A stretch of 40,286 bases of DNA from Sphaeroforma arctica JP610 (GCF_001186125.1 NW_014040077.1:1-40286); one strand, 5' to 3'. Shown: positions 1-13,475, counted from the first letter of the stretch. Numbers and translations: made by a program. Notes: generated by a model not told the origin, from the sequence alone.

Positions 1-121
1 TATATATGTATATACCTGCATCCAGAGCACCGAGAAATAGAACAAAGAATTTTTGTTAGTGAGTTCACTATAGAATTAGCTAGCCAGGTCAAGTAGAACA
101 AGGCTATATCACACCCTGAAT

Positions 122-451
122 ATGTATAACTCATGGTACAGTTTCATACCTATCAGAGCACCGAGAGAAGTGAATTCGGACAATCTGTGTGGACGCCGCT
201 TTAATAGCAACGATTATAAGGAACTGTCCGAAAGTACGCTCAAGAATGAGTTAGCGAGACTGACCGATGAAGTAGGTCGGCTCAACATGCTGCTACTCGA
301 TAAAACGAATACCCAGTTGATACCAGAGGCAGATATATGGGATATACACAGGCACATGACTTATATCGAGAGACAGGTGGGTGAGGTTAATTTGCAGAGG
401 TACAGCCGTAAGTATATGCCATTACTCAATCCGTTGGATAACCGAGTGTAA
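122..451 (+). CDS. Possible terminal exon of an unidentified host gene (short helical/coiled-coil-like peptide)
   Basis: 109-aa ORF with protein-like composition (ELSESTLKNELARLTDEVGRLNMLL). A candidate splice acceptor (cctatcag) lies near 156. No family recognised. Confidence 0.3.
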   Translation: MYNSWYSFIPIRAPREVNSDNLCGRRFNSNDYKELSESTLKNELARLTDEVGRLNMLLLDKTNTQLIPEADIWDIHRHMTYIERQVGEVNLQRYSRKYMPLLNPLDNRV

Positions 452-1408
452 ATCCGAATTTTAAAGCACAATTATACGTGTGTGGTGGTAAATTTGGTGC
501 AGTCGCGATGCTCTGTTCCTCCACCCACGAATGTGGAGTGTTATTCAACTATATGTTCAAGGGCAGCGTGGACGCTATTCATGAAAAAAATCTTGTTTTA
601 TAGCTTGGCTACGCACGATAGTGTGCCGTGCTGATTTATTGACCTGCATACACGCCTTTCAACATCATGTGAGGATAACATGTATATAAATTATAAGGTA
701 ATTTCGGTATACATATGCTGACGTGCATAGATCACAATTGGGAAGTTCTATCACCGTTCTACAGCATAGTTCTAATCAGTATGGTTTCAACTAAAAGAAC
801 ATGAGCATATTCGATGGTATTTATGCAGGGCTATCTGGGACACATATCTTTAAGGTAATCTTTGTACAAATATTGCCAAACCCTCGGTAATACGCCTTGA
901 TGTTTTAATGGGTTAGGTCGGATATATGCCCAGTTTCCTGCAAAATACAACTCGTGGTTCAAATACGATTGACACACCCTGTCAAGTATACCTGCGTATT
1001 TAAGTATGTGGATATACTCATATTTGTTGTCTTTAAACTATTTTTTCTTCAACGCAGATCAAAATCCTTGCCAAGAAGAAGAACAGCAATACATGTAATA
1101 CTGACGAACAATCCCTTCCAGAAAACTTTGCTAAAGAGACAACGAAGTCATCCAAAGTCAAACATGACGAGAGTATAAGTGAACGGAAAACTGAATACAC
1201 GAAGAGAACTTCTGTACAATGCGACATGGGAGAATAAAACGCACTTCTGATTAATTTTCCCTCGAGTTTATACACCCTAGCTATAGGGAAATGTTTAGAA
1301 CATTTTAAATGGTTTCTAGAAATGGTTTCTCGATATGCATTGTAACGCAACAGCTGTTGAGTGACTCATATATGCTGTTATGTATGTACAGAATAATATG
1401 TATCAGCA

Positions 1409-1759
1409 TATATATATATATATAGATATATAGATATATANNNNNNNNNNNNNNNNNNNNNNNNNNNNNNNNNNNNNNNNNNNNNNNNNNNNNNNNNNNN
1501 NNNNNNNNNNNNNNNNNNNNNNNNNNNNNNNNNNNNNNNNNNNNNNNNNNNNNNNNNNNNNNNNNNNNNNNNNNNNNNNNNNNNNNNNNNNNNNNNNNNN
1601 NNNNNNNNNNNNNNNNNNNNNNNNNNNNNNNNNNNNNNNNNNNNNNNNNNNNNNNNNNNNNNNNNNNNNNNNNNNNNNNNNNNNNNNNNNNNNNNNNNNN
1701 NNNNNNNACGTTCATATACTGATATATACATATATATATATATATCTCAGTATATGAAC

Positions 1760-1790
<31 letters not shown>
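1409..1790. repeat. (TA)n/(TG)n microsatellite spanning an assembly gap
   Basis: tatatata runs on both sides of the N-gap 1441-1707, followed by (tg)n. Confidence 0.9.
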
Positions 1791-1791
<1 letters not shown>

Positions 1792-2621
1792 TTGTGTCTA
1801 TAAACAATCTGCCCAAACATCCATGTCTGCAGAATGAATTCAGAAGCAAGCGCACGTGCACACCCTGGGAAACTTTATAATCCTGCGTCATAACTCTCGT
1901 TCAGGAATGAGTTCATTGATTGCCACTTACGGACTGGCGAGCGTAAGAGTATATTCGGAGGAGCGGATACCTCTTATTGAAAATGTGTGAGGATATGTTG
2001 CATTAATTTAGTTTACACAATAGTAGATGTCGTAGCAAAAGATACCGAATATCTTCTCTGCGCTACACAGTCACCAGTAATATAAAAACATGCACGCGTG
2101 CACACAGTATATATGAATATGCATAATCAAATGTTTGTATGTCTCTGTTTGTGCCATGCGAGTTTGCAAAAGTGCATCCATTATCTCACTTGTCGCAGAA
2201 CAATCGAGTGTTCACCAGGTGTATACAACGCAGACAAGGAGTATACTGTAAATGTGTGTGAACAAACATGCGTACAAATGGAAAAAAAATGGTCCTTAAA
2301 CTACTTATTCAATACGTTCATACACGCTTCAATTAATATAGATTGCTACTTGAGGAAGCAAGATGTGGGACCACCTCGTAGAGGGCAGGCGTATGAGTGC
2401 TTCCTATAAATCGAAGATTACCGCAGTTGTTACAGCGATTTAGTCATGCTATGGCTGAAATGCTAAATTTGGATTAATAGTGGCGTCATATTGATTCCCA
2501 TCGTGTGCAGTTGTGTGCAGGTGCTAGAGAGGGCGCGTGCAACACAAACGCCGGGTACAACAGATCCGTTGTCCACCAAGTTTACAAGGTGTAACCGTTT
2601 AGATTAAACATCATATATTTA

Positions 2622-3839
2622 TTAAGTTTCCATTGCGGACATAGGAACCGAAACTGCGGATTCCGGTGGCAGATCTACCATGCATTTCAACATATCCACT
2701 AGTTCAGCCCTCTGCGCCCCCTCTACACTTCGCAAATGAAAGTTGGTAAATCGTATGGAAGTGTGATGACAGGCCATCTCATTGATTTTAAACCACATCA
2801 ACTCACGATATATCTCGAACGTGGTCAACGAAGGGCTTGTGATGTAAGTACTCCGATCATATACGCTTCCATATGTGGGATAGAATATCGGCTGTGGGTT
2901 CAGATGTACGCGTTTTGAATGTGGACTCCTCGACCTAAGAATACAACTTGATAATGTGCGCGTAAGGATTGGTTCTGTTACGGTTCGTTTAACTTGGCGG
3001 CTACCCGCCGCAGAGTTGTGTGCAACTAATAAGCCCCGTTCGAGTTTACAAGGATGCAAAGCAGGCGACCGCATGGTCGTATTAGCAGATTGTTGAGTTC
3101 GATTGTTGAGTACGACATTTCGCTGAGATGATGCTGGCTCTCTGACTCTTCGTATCATACTGTCACTGTTCGATTTACCAAGACGATTCTGGGATGGAAT
3201 GGGTGACTGGTTGGGCAACAACGGGACAGGTGATTTTTTTGGCACGTGAAGTGGGGCTGGCGATGCTAAAGGCACATAGGAAATACTCCAGTCAGGCAAA
3301 AATTCATTTTCATTCCCTTCGTTCACAGTAGCTCGTTCATCGTTATTGCGAATTGGCGGAACCCCCTGTACGCTAGTGGACTTAATAGGAACGGGCTGTG
3401 AAGACACCTTCAGGCATGACTTTAACTCGGCTTGTGGTATCGTGCATGTACTTTCTGCGATATCCGACTTCCGTGCGGAAGTTTTGGACACTAGAACATT
3501 ATTTGAAGAAGTCACACCTGGGATTGTGTTAGATTCAACCACCGCTGATGATCGCGCTGAAGGTCGCGCTGATATGTTTTTCACACGGGAACGTTTTACC
3601 TCTTCTCCAAGTTTGTTACTCGATACACGGCCTTGGCCTAGATTGACGTTTTTCAATTTAGAGCATTCGTGTACCAGATCATGAGTACTCTTGCCATCCC
3701 CATTACTGCCAGCAAGCGTTTGATTTTCGATCTGAACCAGCGTCTCACACACAAGGAAGTTAGGAATCGTCGCGTGACTATTATTTTTGTCCTTATTAAA
3801 CATGCGGCGTATACCGGAAAAGTGTTTTGAATGTACCAT
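2622..3839 (-). CDS. Ser/Pro-rich protein with C-terminal Phactr/Bni4-like PP1-binding domain (putative protein phosphatase 1 regulatory subunit)
   Basis: Uninterrupted 405-aa ORF with a disordered N-terminus. The C-terminus KRVHLNPQPIFYPTYGSVYDRS..SLTTFEIYRELMWFKINEMACHHTSIRFTNFH resembles, from recall, the Phactr/fungal Bni4 tail (RVxF-like motif, YDR, LT, I++EL..FK..EM..H..S...T.FH). The true start may lie in an upstream exon. Confidence 0.7.
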   Translation of the reverse strand: MVHSKHFSGIRRMFNKDKNNSHATIPNFLVCETLVQIENQTLAGSNGDGKSTHDLVHECSKLKNVNLGQGRVSSNKLGEEVKRSRVKNISARPSARSSAVVESNTIPGVTSSNNVLVSKTSARKSDIAESTCTIPQAELKSCLKVSSQPVPIKSTSVQGVPPIRNNDERATVNEGNENEFLPDWSISYVPLASPAPLHVPKKSPVPLLPNQSPIPSQNRLGKSNSDSMIRRVREPASSQRNVVLNNRTQQSANTTMRSPALHPCKLERGLLVAHNSAAGSRQVKRTVTEPILTRTLSSCILRSRSPHSKRVHLNPQPIFYPTYGSVYDRSTYITSPSLTTFEIYRELMWFKINEMACHHTSIRFTNFHLRSVEGAQRAELVDMLKCMVDLPPESAVSVPMSAMET

Positions 3840-4199
3840 ATTGACAGAAATGTTTTTACAATCACTTGAAATATGGATTCTTTTGTCATGATGTTCATCA
3901 TCTTTATATACATCACGCGTGTAGCCGTATACAAAACTGCGAAAGTCGAATGAAGTATTTTACTATTTTACAAAATGAATATCTAAAAAGAGTATACCGA
4001 ATAAAATTTAATCACCACTATTTCGTTATCTGCTATATAACATTCATATTTTGCTTTTTCTATTCATCAAAGAGAGAAAATACTCGGCGATAAAAATTTA
4101 TAGAAAATATCACGTAATGAAGTAAAGTTCAATAGATTAGAAATTTAGAGTTAAGTACACAAAGGACTAAAGTAAAAATTACTGAAATGAGCGAACATT

Positions 4200-7100
4200 G
4201 CTGCAGGAGTCGTAGAGTGTAGACTGTAGACTGTAGACTGTAGACTATAAATAGAGTATAGATAGTGTAGACTGGATGTAGGACTGCAGTGTAAACTGCA
4301 GACTGCAGAGTGCAGACTGTAGACTGCAGACTGAAGAGTGCAGACTGTAGACTGCAGACCAGTGACCAGTCTGCAAAACAAAACAAAAAATACTGGTTTT
4401 GTATTTGTTTTTGGTTTTTATTTCTATTATTTAAAACAAATATCAATAAACAAGTTGCGAGACTGTCAACGTCGTGCCTTGTACACATAAATAGTCACAT
4501 ACTGCCACTTTCTTGCCAGTGTCAGTCTGCCAGCGCCAATCTACTAATAATATCAGTAATAATTAAATAATAAACAGCCTATGTAACACAAACTCTCTCT
4601 CTCTCTCTGTGGCCTACTGGTGGCCTGTGATGTAGAGTGTAAACTGAAGCGAGGAGAGGCAAAGTTAGTAAAATAAATATATTGCCAATAGAATGCTGAG
4701 ACTCAGACAGACTCGAATACACTTTAGAAGTCAGGTCTCAGGCCTCAGACTCAGAGCCTCATTCCCTACTCCCCCACAAATGATAACCCCCCCCCCCCCC
4801 CAGAGTCATTCAGTCCATCTATCAGTCACTCACAGACTCACTTTGCCAGCAGAGTATAGTAGACTCTATTTAATAGTATTTAAAAATAGATAGAGTAGCC
4901 GTTACAGTGTAGCGAATCTCTCTCAACCAGTAGATTAGTAGAGAGAGAGAAAACAAGAGCAACTGAACAGAATACCCAGCGACCCAGACTCCCAGACTCC
5001 CAGACCAGACTGGCAGACTCCCAGTCCCAGTCACTCCCACCAGGGAGAGAGAAGCGCGAGGAGAAACTGAGGAGACTGGACTACTGGAGTCTGGACTCTC
5101 ACTCTGAGTCTGGGACTGGAGTGACAGTAATAAACACTAAACAGTAAAATAGTATATACTATTCTCATCATGTACCTCTTCACAGTGACACTGTGGCAGT
5201 CTCTGTCGCTCGTGGAGAGAGAGTTTCTACTCTCTACTCTGTGTGTGTGTGTGTGTGTAGAGAGTAGTCATTACATTACTCTCTATTTAGCTCAAATAAT
5301 CTGCAGAGTGCAGACCTGACTCTGCAGAATGCAGAATCTGCAGACTGCAGACTGCAGATTTGCAAGTCTACTGCTCAATACGTTTTTTAGTACTATATAC
5401 GGTCAACGTAAATACAATTTTTACAATAAATAAATCACCGCTAGGAAGCCTCAGGGACTGAAAGCGTATAGTAACAGGGGCAAGCAAGTGACCTAAGAAT
5501 AGGCAAGATAAATAAATTATATGTATTCACATTTATTTATTTTTAGAAATCAGAAATTCTTGCTTGGGGAGTGTGGATTGGACTATAACTGGGAACTCCA
5601 GGGGGGTCTATAAATAGGCAAAAATCCTTCCTGACAGATTTTGCGTATAAACGGACAAAAAATCGGTGACAATGTCGGTAGTGACTTTTTTTTTAAACAG
5701 GAAAGCATACGCTTTCAGTGTATAAACGATATATTTATTTATTTTACTAAATACTGTGTTTTTAGGGGTCAAATAATGCACCTATTTACTTCCAACAAAA
5801 CGAATTAGCTCAAATCAACCAATGAACCTATCTTTAACGACTATTTCTAGCGCCGAAATTTAAAGACCAAAAATGAGGTCACTATGTAATATGACTACAC
5901 ATCATGTGTGAGTACTTCAGCAATGATAGCTCCGAGCCTCCGTGAGGAAGTGAGCGGTGAGCTTTGTTGAGCCATCAGAGATCAGACGACAAATACTACT
6001 TTTTTTTTAAGAGAATGGCCTCTTTTGATTTTGAACAATTTCTACAACAAAAAATAGATACTATTAATAGACCAATAGACGTCAGGGACAGGACTCCAAC
6101 AGTCCTACATACCCTTTACCCATTAAAAAAGGGTTTATAGCTATTTTGGGGTGTTTAAAATATGACTCACGCCTCACATGGCACATGATACTTCGGCTGA
6201 TGGTTCCTTCAGAAGTTCAGAATTCAGCCAAGAAAAGAGAGTGAGACTCATCACTCAGTCAAGAGACTCAAGACTCAAATCCTGTTTTTTAAACCTTTTT
6301 TGATGTTCTATTCTGTTTTCAACCCCCTCCTGAACCAGATATATATAAATAGATCTTATTGGATTTTGTTTTCGTTACATATTGTATATATTTATAATCA
6401 TTTGAGAACTTTCTTTTTCTTTTTAAATACACATTTCTGACATTGTTGTGTCGTGTCTTTTTAAATCAGCTGAAATCAGGGGTGGGTGCTTTTAGGCCCC
6501 TTCGGGTAGGATTGTTCTTTTTAGGAGGCTATGGTTTGCTTTCTGGAGTCGTTTTTATTCTCAATTCTGGATTCCCAATTCTTCAATGAACTTATTCTCA
6601 CTATTTACAAAAATTTTCAAGTTAAAAATTGTACTTCATCATTTCTGGATTCTGGATTCTCAATTCTGGATTTCATTTGTCTGCTAAAAAATGTATGTCT
6701 TGAGTATGTGTCTTTAGTGTCTATTTTTTCATATATAAATATATATATTTACACAATGTGTCTGTTTTTGTCTTTGTATTTTTTTAATATTTTTTTATAC
6801 AAAATACAACTACAGAAGTTTTCAAACTTCAAACTCAAAGTCGTCAACTCTCGTCATGTCGTCAACTTCAAAACCAAAAAATTTAAGCTTTTGTTTGTTT
6901 TGTATTTATCGTTTTTTTTCTTCATAACCTTCTGAAAATTACAACATATTTTTTGTTTTTGTTTTAGTTCATTTTGTAAACTTTTTTTCACTAAATTTGA
7001 AAACATCAAGAAAATAAAACTTGATCGCTGTGATGCGTATTTTTTAAAAAGGGGATATTATAGAATAACACAAACAATCCGACGACCCTTCGGATTTCAA

Positions 7101-9970
7101 AAAAAAACAATGTCCAAAAATTTGAGAATCCGACGAGTCGTCGGAATCCTAAGCACTAGATGTCTAATTTATATTGCACAGAGCCACAGAGCATAATCTA
7201 CTCTCTCTCTTTTTTGCTTTTCCATTATTTTTAAAACTAACTAGGACTCTCTCTCTCTCTCAGTAGAGAGTGTAGACTAGACTCGAGAGAGAGACACAGA
7301 TAATCAGACACAGAGACACTGAAGACCTGAGTCTCAGAGACTGAGACACAGAGTCACAGACATACACAGTGCCTGCGTAGCACCGGACAGGCGGACCTGT
7401 TTTTCTTTTTAAATTTTCAAACAAAAGTGACTATTTGTGAATTATGACTATGTCTGACTATTGGGGGTTTTTTAAACAAAAATACATACATTTGTAATAT
7501 CCCTCTTTTGTGAATTATTAGTAATAAAAATGAACCTGTGACAACTGAGTCACTGTCACACTGACCTTTGTGAGGCTCTCTCCTCACAACAAATCTCACA
7601 TCATGTATTTTTTTTAAATACACTATTCTCTCGCTCTTGCTCTCACTTTCTCTTCTTGTGTGTGTTGTGACTTGTAAAGTTGTGTGTGGGCAGACTGCAG
7701 AGTGCAGACTTCCAGACTGCAGACATCACGCACTCTGTTGTGCATTAATTTTGAATTTTCTTTTTGTGGTTCTTTTTAAAAAAATAGAAATATGAATGAA
7801 TGTTCATTGTGATACTTTCGTGACTCGTGAATCAAAACTCCAGACTCCAGACTCCAGTGTCTAAAAGTCGATATACGAATCTCGACAACGACTGTTGTGT
7901 GATGACGAAGAGAGCGACAGGCCGACATCGTAAGCGACAAATAGCTGTATTCAGTCATTTCAGTGTATGTATATTGTATTGACTACCATATTGAGCCGTA
8001 GAATGTAGATTAAGATTAAAGACGGACTGAGAGACTCTAAGCCCTAAGGACTTACATCACAAGAAGTCTCAAGACTCAAGACTCAGGACAGGACTTCTAC
8101 TCTCTAATAGAGTAGTAGTAGTAACAGAGGGCTCAGGTCTCAGGTCTCAGGACTGGAGTCAGGACTCAGGAGTCAACAACTTTGACAAATATCCATATTT
8201 GATATTTCATAGCGACCATATTTAGCGCCAACCATATTTAGCGCCACCTGTTTTACTCTGTAGAGACCGACTGACATTCTGACAGTCTGTTATCTGTAGT
8301 CTGTACCTTTTTTTAAACTTTTCTAAAACAATACCGGAAAGCACTTTTTTTTTAAATAACAAATACCGGAGGACGGCGTTAGAGCTTCAGGAGACAGGAG
8401 TTGAGGTCTTGAGGACTTTGGAGTTTAGGAAGTTCAGGTTGAGCCTTTGAGGCTTGAGGCCTTCAAGTCTTCAACTGGCGTCAAGGAGTTGTATTTGAAT
8501 TTTCAATGTTTCATTCGAATTTTCAATGTTTCGACGAGAATAGTCAGACTCAGAACTTCAGAAGGCGGAAGAAAAATCTCTCAATTTTATGCTTTTATTT
8601 CAATATCTTCTAAAATCGTCTCATTGTTGTTTTTACAAAAAAATAACAAACAAAAACAAAATAGAAAATATTTATTAAAAATGTTTTTTTTTACAAAGAA
8701 ACATAATTTTTAGCCTTTTACATTTCGACGTTTCTAAATACGAGTCACGACCGCAGGCCGGCGCAGGGCAGCAGGGTCAGCCGGCCAGGGCGCCAGGCCG
8801 CCAGCAGCAGCGCAAAGCGTTGCGGACGGGAGACTCGGGTATCTGTACTCCGCAGCCCGTACTCTCGGCAAATCGGCATTAGGTGCCACTGACCAGTGTT
8901 TGACGTTTGCACTTCTTGCAGGTGCTGCAGGCTGCACTCCTGCGACCTGCAGACGGGCTGCAGTCGGGAGTCGTGACTCGAGCACTTGTTGTTGTAGTAA
9001 TTTTTTTTAAACCAATTAAAAAGCCACTGAAACATAAACGGATAAACCCCTTTTTTTTAAATACACCTTGATTCATTGTTTTGTCATTTATAGTTTTATA
9101 CCGATTTTCAAAAACCAATTTGAAAAAAATGTATTTAATAAAAAAGTAAATTGTACTAATAAATAGTCTCGCGCCGGGCACGCTGGCAGAGTAGCAGCGC
9201 GTCCCGCATTCGGGGGGGGGGGGGGGGGTTACTTTCCACTCTTTCTCAGGCGGAGGGGAAGGGTCAGGAGTCAGGAGTCAGGGCCCCAATAGTGAGTTGA
9301 TTTTATTTATTTATCTAAAACAAAATGAAAATAATTTACTTGCAGCCTAGAAAGGGCCACAGGAGAGTCACGAGTCACGACTCACGAGCCTCACGGCTCA
9401 CGATAGTTTTTTTAAATATGTCAAAAGAGTAAAAAATACCCTGGAGTATTTGTTGAAGAAGTAATTCAAGAACGCAAGATAAAGACAAGAGTTTCTGGAA
9501 TGCCAGTTTCTTATGTAGTGCAGTATTCATTCGCTGACAAAGCCAGTATTTCGTTACTTAAATATTGAGTAAACTATTGACTATTCACTTATTTCACAAC
9601 TCCAAACTCCATAGGCTCGAAATTTGTATCGTGTCTACTGGTCCTAATAAATATAATACTGGAGAGAGCTTGAAGATTTTTCATTTAGAAATCAGAAATC
9701 TGTCGTCTGTCGAAGTGATTTTACTCATTGTAGTACAACTTTTTTTAAGGGAATCGCTTACATATGTATTGTTTTTTAAATTTTTATAGAAGGCTGAAAT
9801 TGCTTAAGAGTACATAAATAGGGCCATAGGCGGAAATGCGAAAAACTTGTGGTTCAGACTTCATGGTTTTAGGGTTTATAGTTTAACTCTCCACCCCCCC
9901 CCTCCCTACCACCAGTCCACCACACCCCAGTCCCCACAGGCCACAGGCCACCGACTCTTTGACTGCAGAT
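4200..9970. repeat. AT-rich region dense in 2-8 bp micro-tandem duplications (GACT/AGTC/CAG/CTG-centred) and expanded homopolymers
   Basis: Examples: (TGTAGAC)4 at ~4218-4246, CCCAGACT repeats ~4983-5010, CAAGACT x2 ~6260, (GTCAGGA) repeats ~9263-9282, (CCACAGG)2 ~9934, poly-C ~4787-4801, poly-G ~9212-9228. No credible long ORF. Confidence 0.75.
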
Positions 9971-12520
9971 GTGATTCTTTAACAATATACTATGGTACAT
10001 ATAATGAAACCAAGTAAGTGCGTTAGTGCATGTTTTACGAGTGACTGGGCAGAAAGCTCAGTCTGAGTTGCTATATTTATGACAACAAAACTGAATCGAT
10101 GCTTGGTATATTCGAATATTTAAGGGGTTTTGTGATTTAAAAGTTTACTTTGTCAGTACGATACTAGGAGATACGCAGATTATCTCAGTAGAGTTGTCCA
10201 TGGTATGGCAGTCGTGTGTGGAGAGATTTTGGATAGCGACTGCACCATTGTCAAAGTTCGTAATAAGTTATTCGGGATATTTTCAGTGTGCCAAAATCAG
10301 TGATAACACACTTGAGCGTATGATGTTGTGTTCTAGCGATTATACTCACATACTCAATACACGAGCATATTTATGACATTCTATCATTATAGATGTAGGC
10401 GTGATACAAAACAGAAAGCTTTTCTTGCAACACAAATATTGAACCCTAAAAAAAAGTTCAAAGAAAGGATATAAATGAAGAAATTTACAGACTACAACAC
10501 TCAGAATAGTAGTACAACACATATAGGTTGCAGTTACACGCGGTCCCAATGCTGTTCACGATCAATGGCGTCGTGCACTATATATAACTAGAAAAAGACT
10601 TGTGTGACCTTGGAAGGATATCATCTGAGCTTATTTGGTATAAGCAGTTGTTTATAGTATGGCGAAAATATTTGTACTCGTTAAGAAAATAAGTGATAAT
10701 GCGTGATGGATGGATGTTAATTCCGAGTACGTGAACGCTGAATTAGATCGACGATGNNNNNNNNNNNNNNNNNNNNNNNNNNNNNNNNNNNNNNNNNNNN
10801 NNNNNNNNNNNNNNNNNNNNNNNNNNNNNNNNNNNNNNNNNNNNNNNNNNNNNNNNNNNNNNNNNNNNNNNNNNNNNNNNNNNNNNNNNNNNNNNNNNNN
10901 NNNNNNNNNNNNNNNNNNNNNNNNNNNNNNNNNNNNNNNNNNNNNNNNNNNNNNNNNNNNNNNNNNNNNNNNNNNNNNNNNNNNNNNNNNNNNNNNNNNN
11001 NNNNNNNNNNNNNNNNNNNNNNNNNNNNNNNNNNNNNNNNNNNNNNNNNNNNNNNNNNNNNNNNNNNNNNNNNNNNNNNNNNNNNNNNNNNNNNNNNNNN
11101 NNNNNNNNNNNNNNNNNNNNNNNNNNNNNNNNNNNNNNNNNNNNNNNNNNNNNNNNNNNNNNNNNNNNNNNNNNNNNNNNNNNNNNNNNNNNNNNNNNNN
11201 NNNNNNNNNNNNNNNNNNNNNNNNNNNNNNNNNNNNNNNNNNNNNNNNNNNNNNNNNNNNNNNNNNNNNNNNNNNNNNNNNNNNNNNNNNNNNNNNNNNN
11301 NNNNNNNNNNNNNNNNNNNNNNNNNNNNNNNNNNNNNNNNNNNNNNNNNNNNNNNNNNNNNNNNNNNNNNNNNNNNNNNNNNNNNNNNNNNNNNNNNNNN
11401 NNNNNNNNNNNNNNNNNCTATAAGAAAGCATGGAGTGTAAACTATACCCTAATTCGTCGGCGGCAAGGATGCGGCTAGATAATCCACCGAAGTAAGCCAT
11501 GCAGCCATCATTGCCAGAGAGACGAGAAAGAAATATGTACAAAGCAGGCCACGGCTGTCCTTCGGATCACAACTAGTCCATTCAGACTTGCACTGAAGAA
11601 GAAAAATGTGTATGTCACGATGGTAGAGAGAGTTCTGCTCCACATCTCCACATAAGATAGTAATACAGCAGGCCCGCCATTTTCAATAGCACTTCCACCA
11701 TAACTATGTAATCATTTCAGTTAGACAACTTAACTCCCTTTACTAGAAATTACAACTCGACTTTGGCCACATCAGCCAAGAGTACGATATACCAGTCTTT
11801 TATAGGGGATAAAATTGAGAATCAGAGGCCTGTCATCAAGATTGTCATGTTTTGTAATAGGAGTATTGACTTATTTGTATGCTAAGTAACGGCAATTCCC
11901 ATAATAAGCGTGCCAAATTCAAGATTTGTGAGCATATAATTCTGGAACATAGAGTCAATTAGAACGTTATTTTTAAAGAAACAAAGAGTATCTCATCCAT
12001 ATAGATGAGCAATGCGAGACGACGGGAGGCATAAATCTAGGTTTAGTGAATAAGTTATATGACTGAACCAATCAACGTAGTACTAGATTAGTCGGTTCGT
12101 TCGGTCATTTGCCTTATTTACTACACAGGTACACTCATCTACTATTAATTGAGTTAAGCCAAAAAAAACCCCCCCCGAAGGCTGCCACCACTGATGTTAT
12201 GGTTACAAAAACTGCAGATTGCTGTATACTTGCTGACCTTTTTGAAGGAAAAATAAAGAACATGCGGGTATCGGGCTTACCATAGAGGAACGCTGCATCA
12301 AGGTTAGTGAGTATATTTAACCCTCTACTAAAGGTGTATTTACGTGTTCTACCGCCTTGCATATTTATGGCGAAATTACTGTTCATTTCTAATATTTGCC
12401 ATAGTCCAATATTCCAAACTATTGATATATTTTTGATAGATATTGATCTTTTACTGCTAACACTTCTCTAAAGTAGATATTGAGAAAGTATATAGTGAAC
12501 ACAGTCTTATACGAATGGGG

Positions 12521-12990
12521 TTAGCTTTCCCTAGATCTGTTTTCGGGTGAAGCGAGTGGAACGTCGCTGAGCAGACCAGAAGTATGTCGCAAATGCGTGG
12601 GCCGTGGAGTAGTTTTGGCTAGAATATCGGCCTGATTGTCGTATGAGGAGAAATAGTTGGCTTGAATAATACCGGCATGTTGGAGTTCTTTGTTATGATG
12701 CACCCGAATATCGATGATATGTTTCAAGTGTTTGGTCGGACCAGTAGATGCGATGGCGTGGATGGCTGATTTTTTTATCACGGTAGGCTATAGTTGAAGA
12801 AAGCGCAATAGTTTTGAATGTTTTACAACCACTGAATATATTTTACAGCCTCTGATGCGGTTAAATTCGGCAGTACTGGTGGACAGTGTGGGTTGGCGTT
12901 TGACTTTCCACCCGACAAGGATGCAGCTGATGCGAAGGATATATCTGATGGTTGAGCGGCGGGTGTCGAAGAAGGCGGCATAACCAGCAC
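12521..12990 (-). pseudogene. Copia RNase H domain
   Basis: Manual translation AGYAAFFDTRRSTIRYILRISCILVGWKVKRQPTLSTSTAEF, then ORF 12521-12781 SAIHAIAS..TKHLKHIIDIRVHH..QADILAK. Confidence 0.88.
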
Positions 12991-13408
12991 TAGGGATAAT
13001 ATTATTTATTTCAAAACAAAATTATAAGATATAATGTATGTCTATTATAATGTATGAACATATGGTATGGCTCTCATAGCCGTTGTAGTGGTTCGGGAAA
13101 GATCGATGGGAAGAAGTGGTCTGGAAATTTCCATTTGAAGCTTGGGCCAAGTGAGTTGACGATGGAGGATATGCGCTGAGTCAATTCGGGCCGGTGCTGA
13201 CAAAACACTGATACCATCGAATGTACCATGTATTCGCTTGCTGACCTACTAAGTAGCGTACCCACCTCTGTGGTACGGATGGGGTCTGCGCCGTGTAGTG
13301 CCGTGGAATGGGATAGTGCAGAGTACGAAATACCGAGTAGGACCAGGCTATCCGTCATAATTCGGTCGAGGAGCAAGAATGGAGGTGAGCCAATGCCGCA
13401 CCAGACCA
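12991..13408 (-). mobile_element. Unclassified ~420-bp insertion X, copy 1 (ORF 3' end plus AT-rich 3' UTR)
   Basis: Highly similar to 22765-23165. Encodes ...HRPELTQRISSIVNSLGPSFKWKFPDHFFPSIFPEPLQRL*, followed by an AT-rich tail with AATAAA. Interrupts copia just before the RNase H (D)ADYA-like motif. Confidence 0.65.
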
Positions 13409-13475
13409 TGGATGTATTTGGTATGTGCTGGCTGGCCTGGATCGGAAGTATCATAGGCGGGACCAGTAGGCGCAA

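Noticed and set aside
4129..7958. Short ORFs in the stutter region (e.g. 4129-4488, 6531-6935)
   Set aside because: Low-complexity translations of repeats and AT-rich DNA.
10652..11542. Long ORFs spanning N-gaps (also 1305-1820, 28158-28892, 33581-34339)
   Set aside because: Artefacts of translating Ns.
12100..12470. Copia 3' LTR starting TGTTAG at 12462 after purine run TAGAGAAG
   Set aside because: Plausible start, but I found no matching 5' LTR near 27.2-27.7 kb and could not define its end.
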